A stretch of DNA of 64,000 nucleotides, taken from the NCBI GenBank assembly GCA_964016885.1, contig OZ024755.1, positions 21,948,001-22,012,000 on the forward strand. Reading direction: 5' to 3'. The translations under genes and the position numbers were made by a program. The notes beneath the pieces are model-generated. The model did not search any database. It had not been told where the DNA came from and saw only the letters and a program-made list of their open reading frames with translations. Each line of letters starts with the position of its first letter. The stretch's first letter is position 1. Positions 63,829-64,000 of this stretch are shown in pieces. Source of the DNA: Eledone cirrhosa (lineage: Eukaryota).

Positions 63829-64000
63829 CATATATACATATAATACAGAAGACCCGACCCCCCATGGGTACAAGCCGAAGCCGAAGCATATAGACAATAT
63901 GCCCCCCCCCCCCCACTGCAAAGTGGTCGTGGAAGCGGCACGGAAAAAAAGCACCCAGCACTCACTGTAAATGAGGTTGGTGTTAGGAAGGGCATCCAGT

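Overview
AT-rich, intron-containing animal genomic DNA. The microsatellite, SINE and RTE content suggests a coleoid cephalopod such as Octopus (inference). 333-13774 (+) holds the last 15 coding exons of the cohesin loader NIPBL/Nipped-B, with a 3' UTR to about 15.1 kb. 47381-61331 (+) holds the 5' exons of a polycystin-1-like (WSC + PKD-type domain) gene that continues past the window end. The rest is dense in tRNA-derived SINEs, RTE, CR1-like and R4/Dong-like LINE fragments, a DD37D (maT) Tc1/mariner element, MITEs, a probable Helitron, and several minisatellites, including about 48 copies of a 55-bp unit. Three observations stand out. (1) About ten dispersed type I hammerhead-ribozyme-like motifs lie in non-coding DNA; a few keep an intact core, and one sits at the centre of a long palindrome, which suggests a Penelope-like/retrozyme-like family. 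(2) Four 50-60 bp perfect or near-perfect fold-back palindromes are present. (3) Two copies of one RTE LINE family show the twin-priming inversion structure best known from mammalian L1. All calls were made by eye; no database search or folding program was run.
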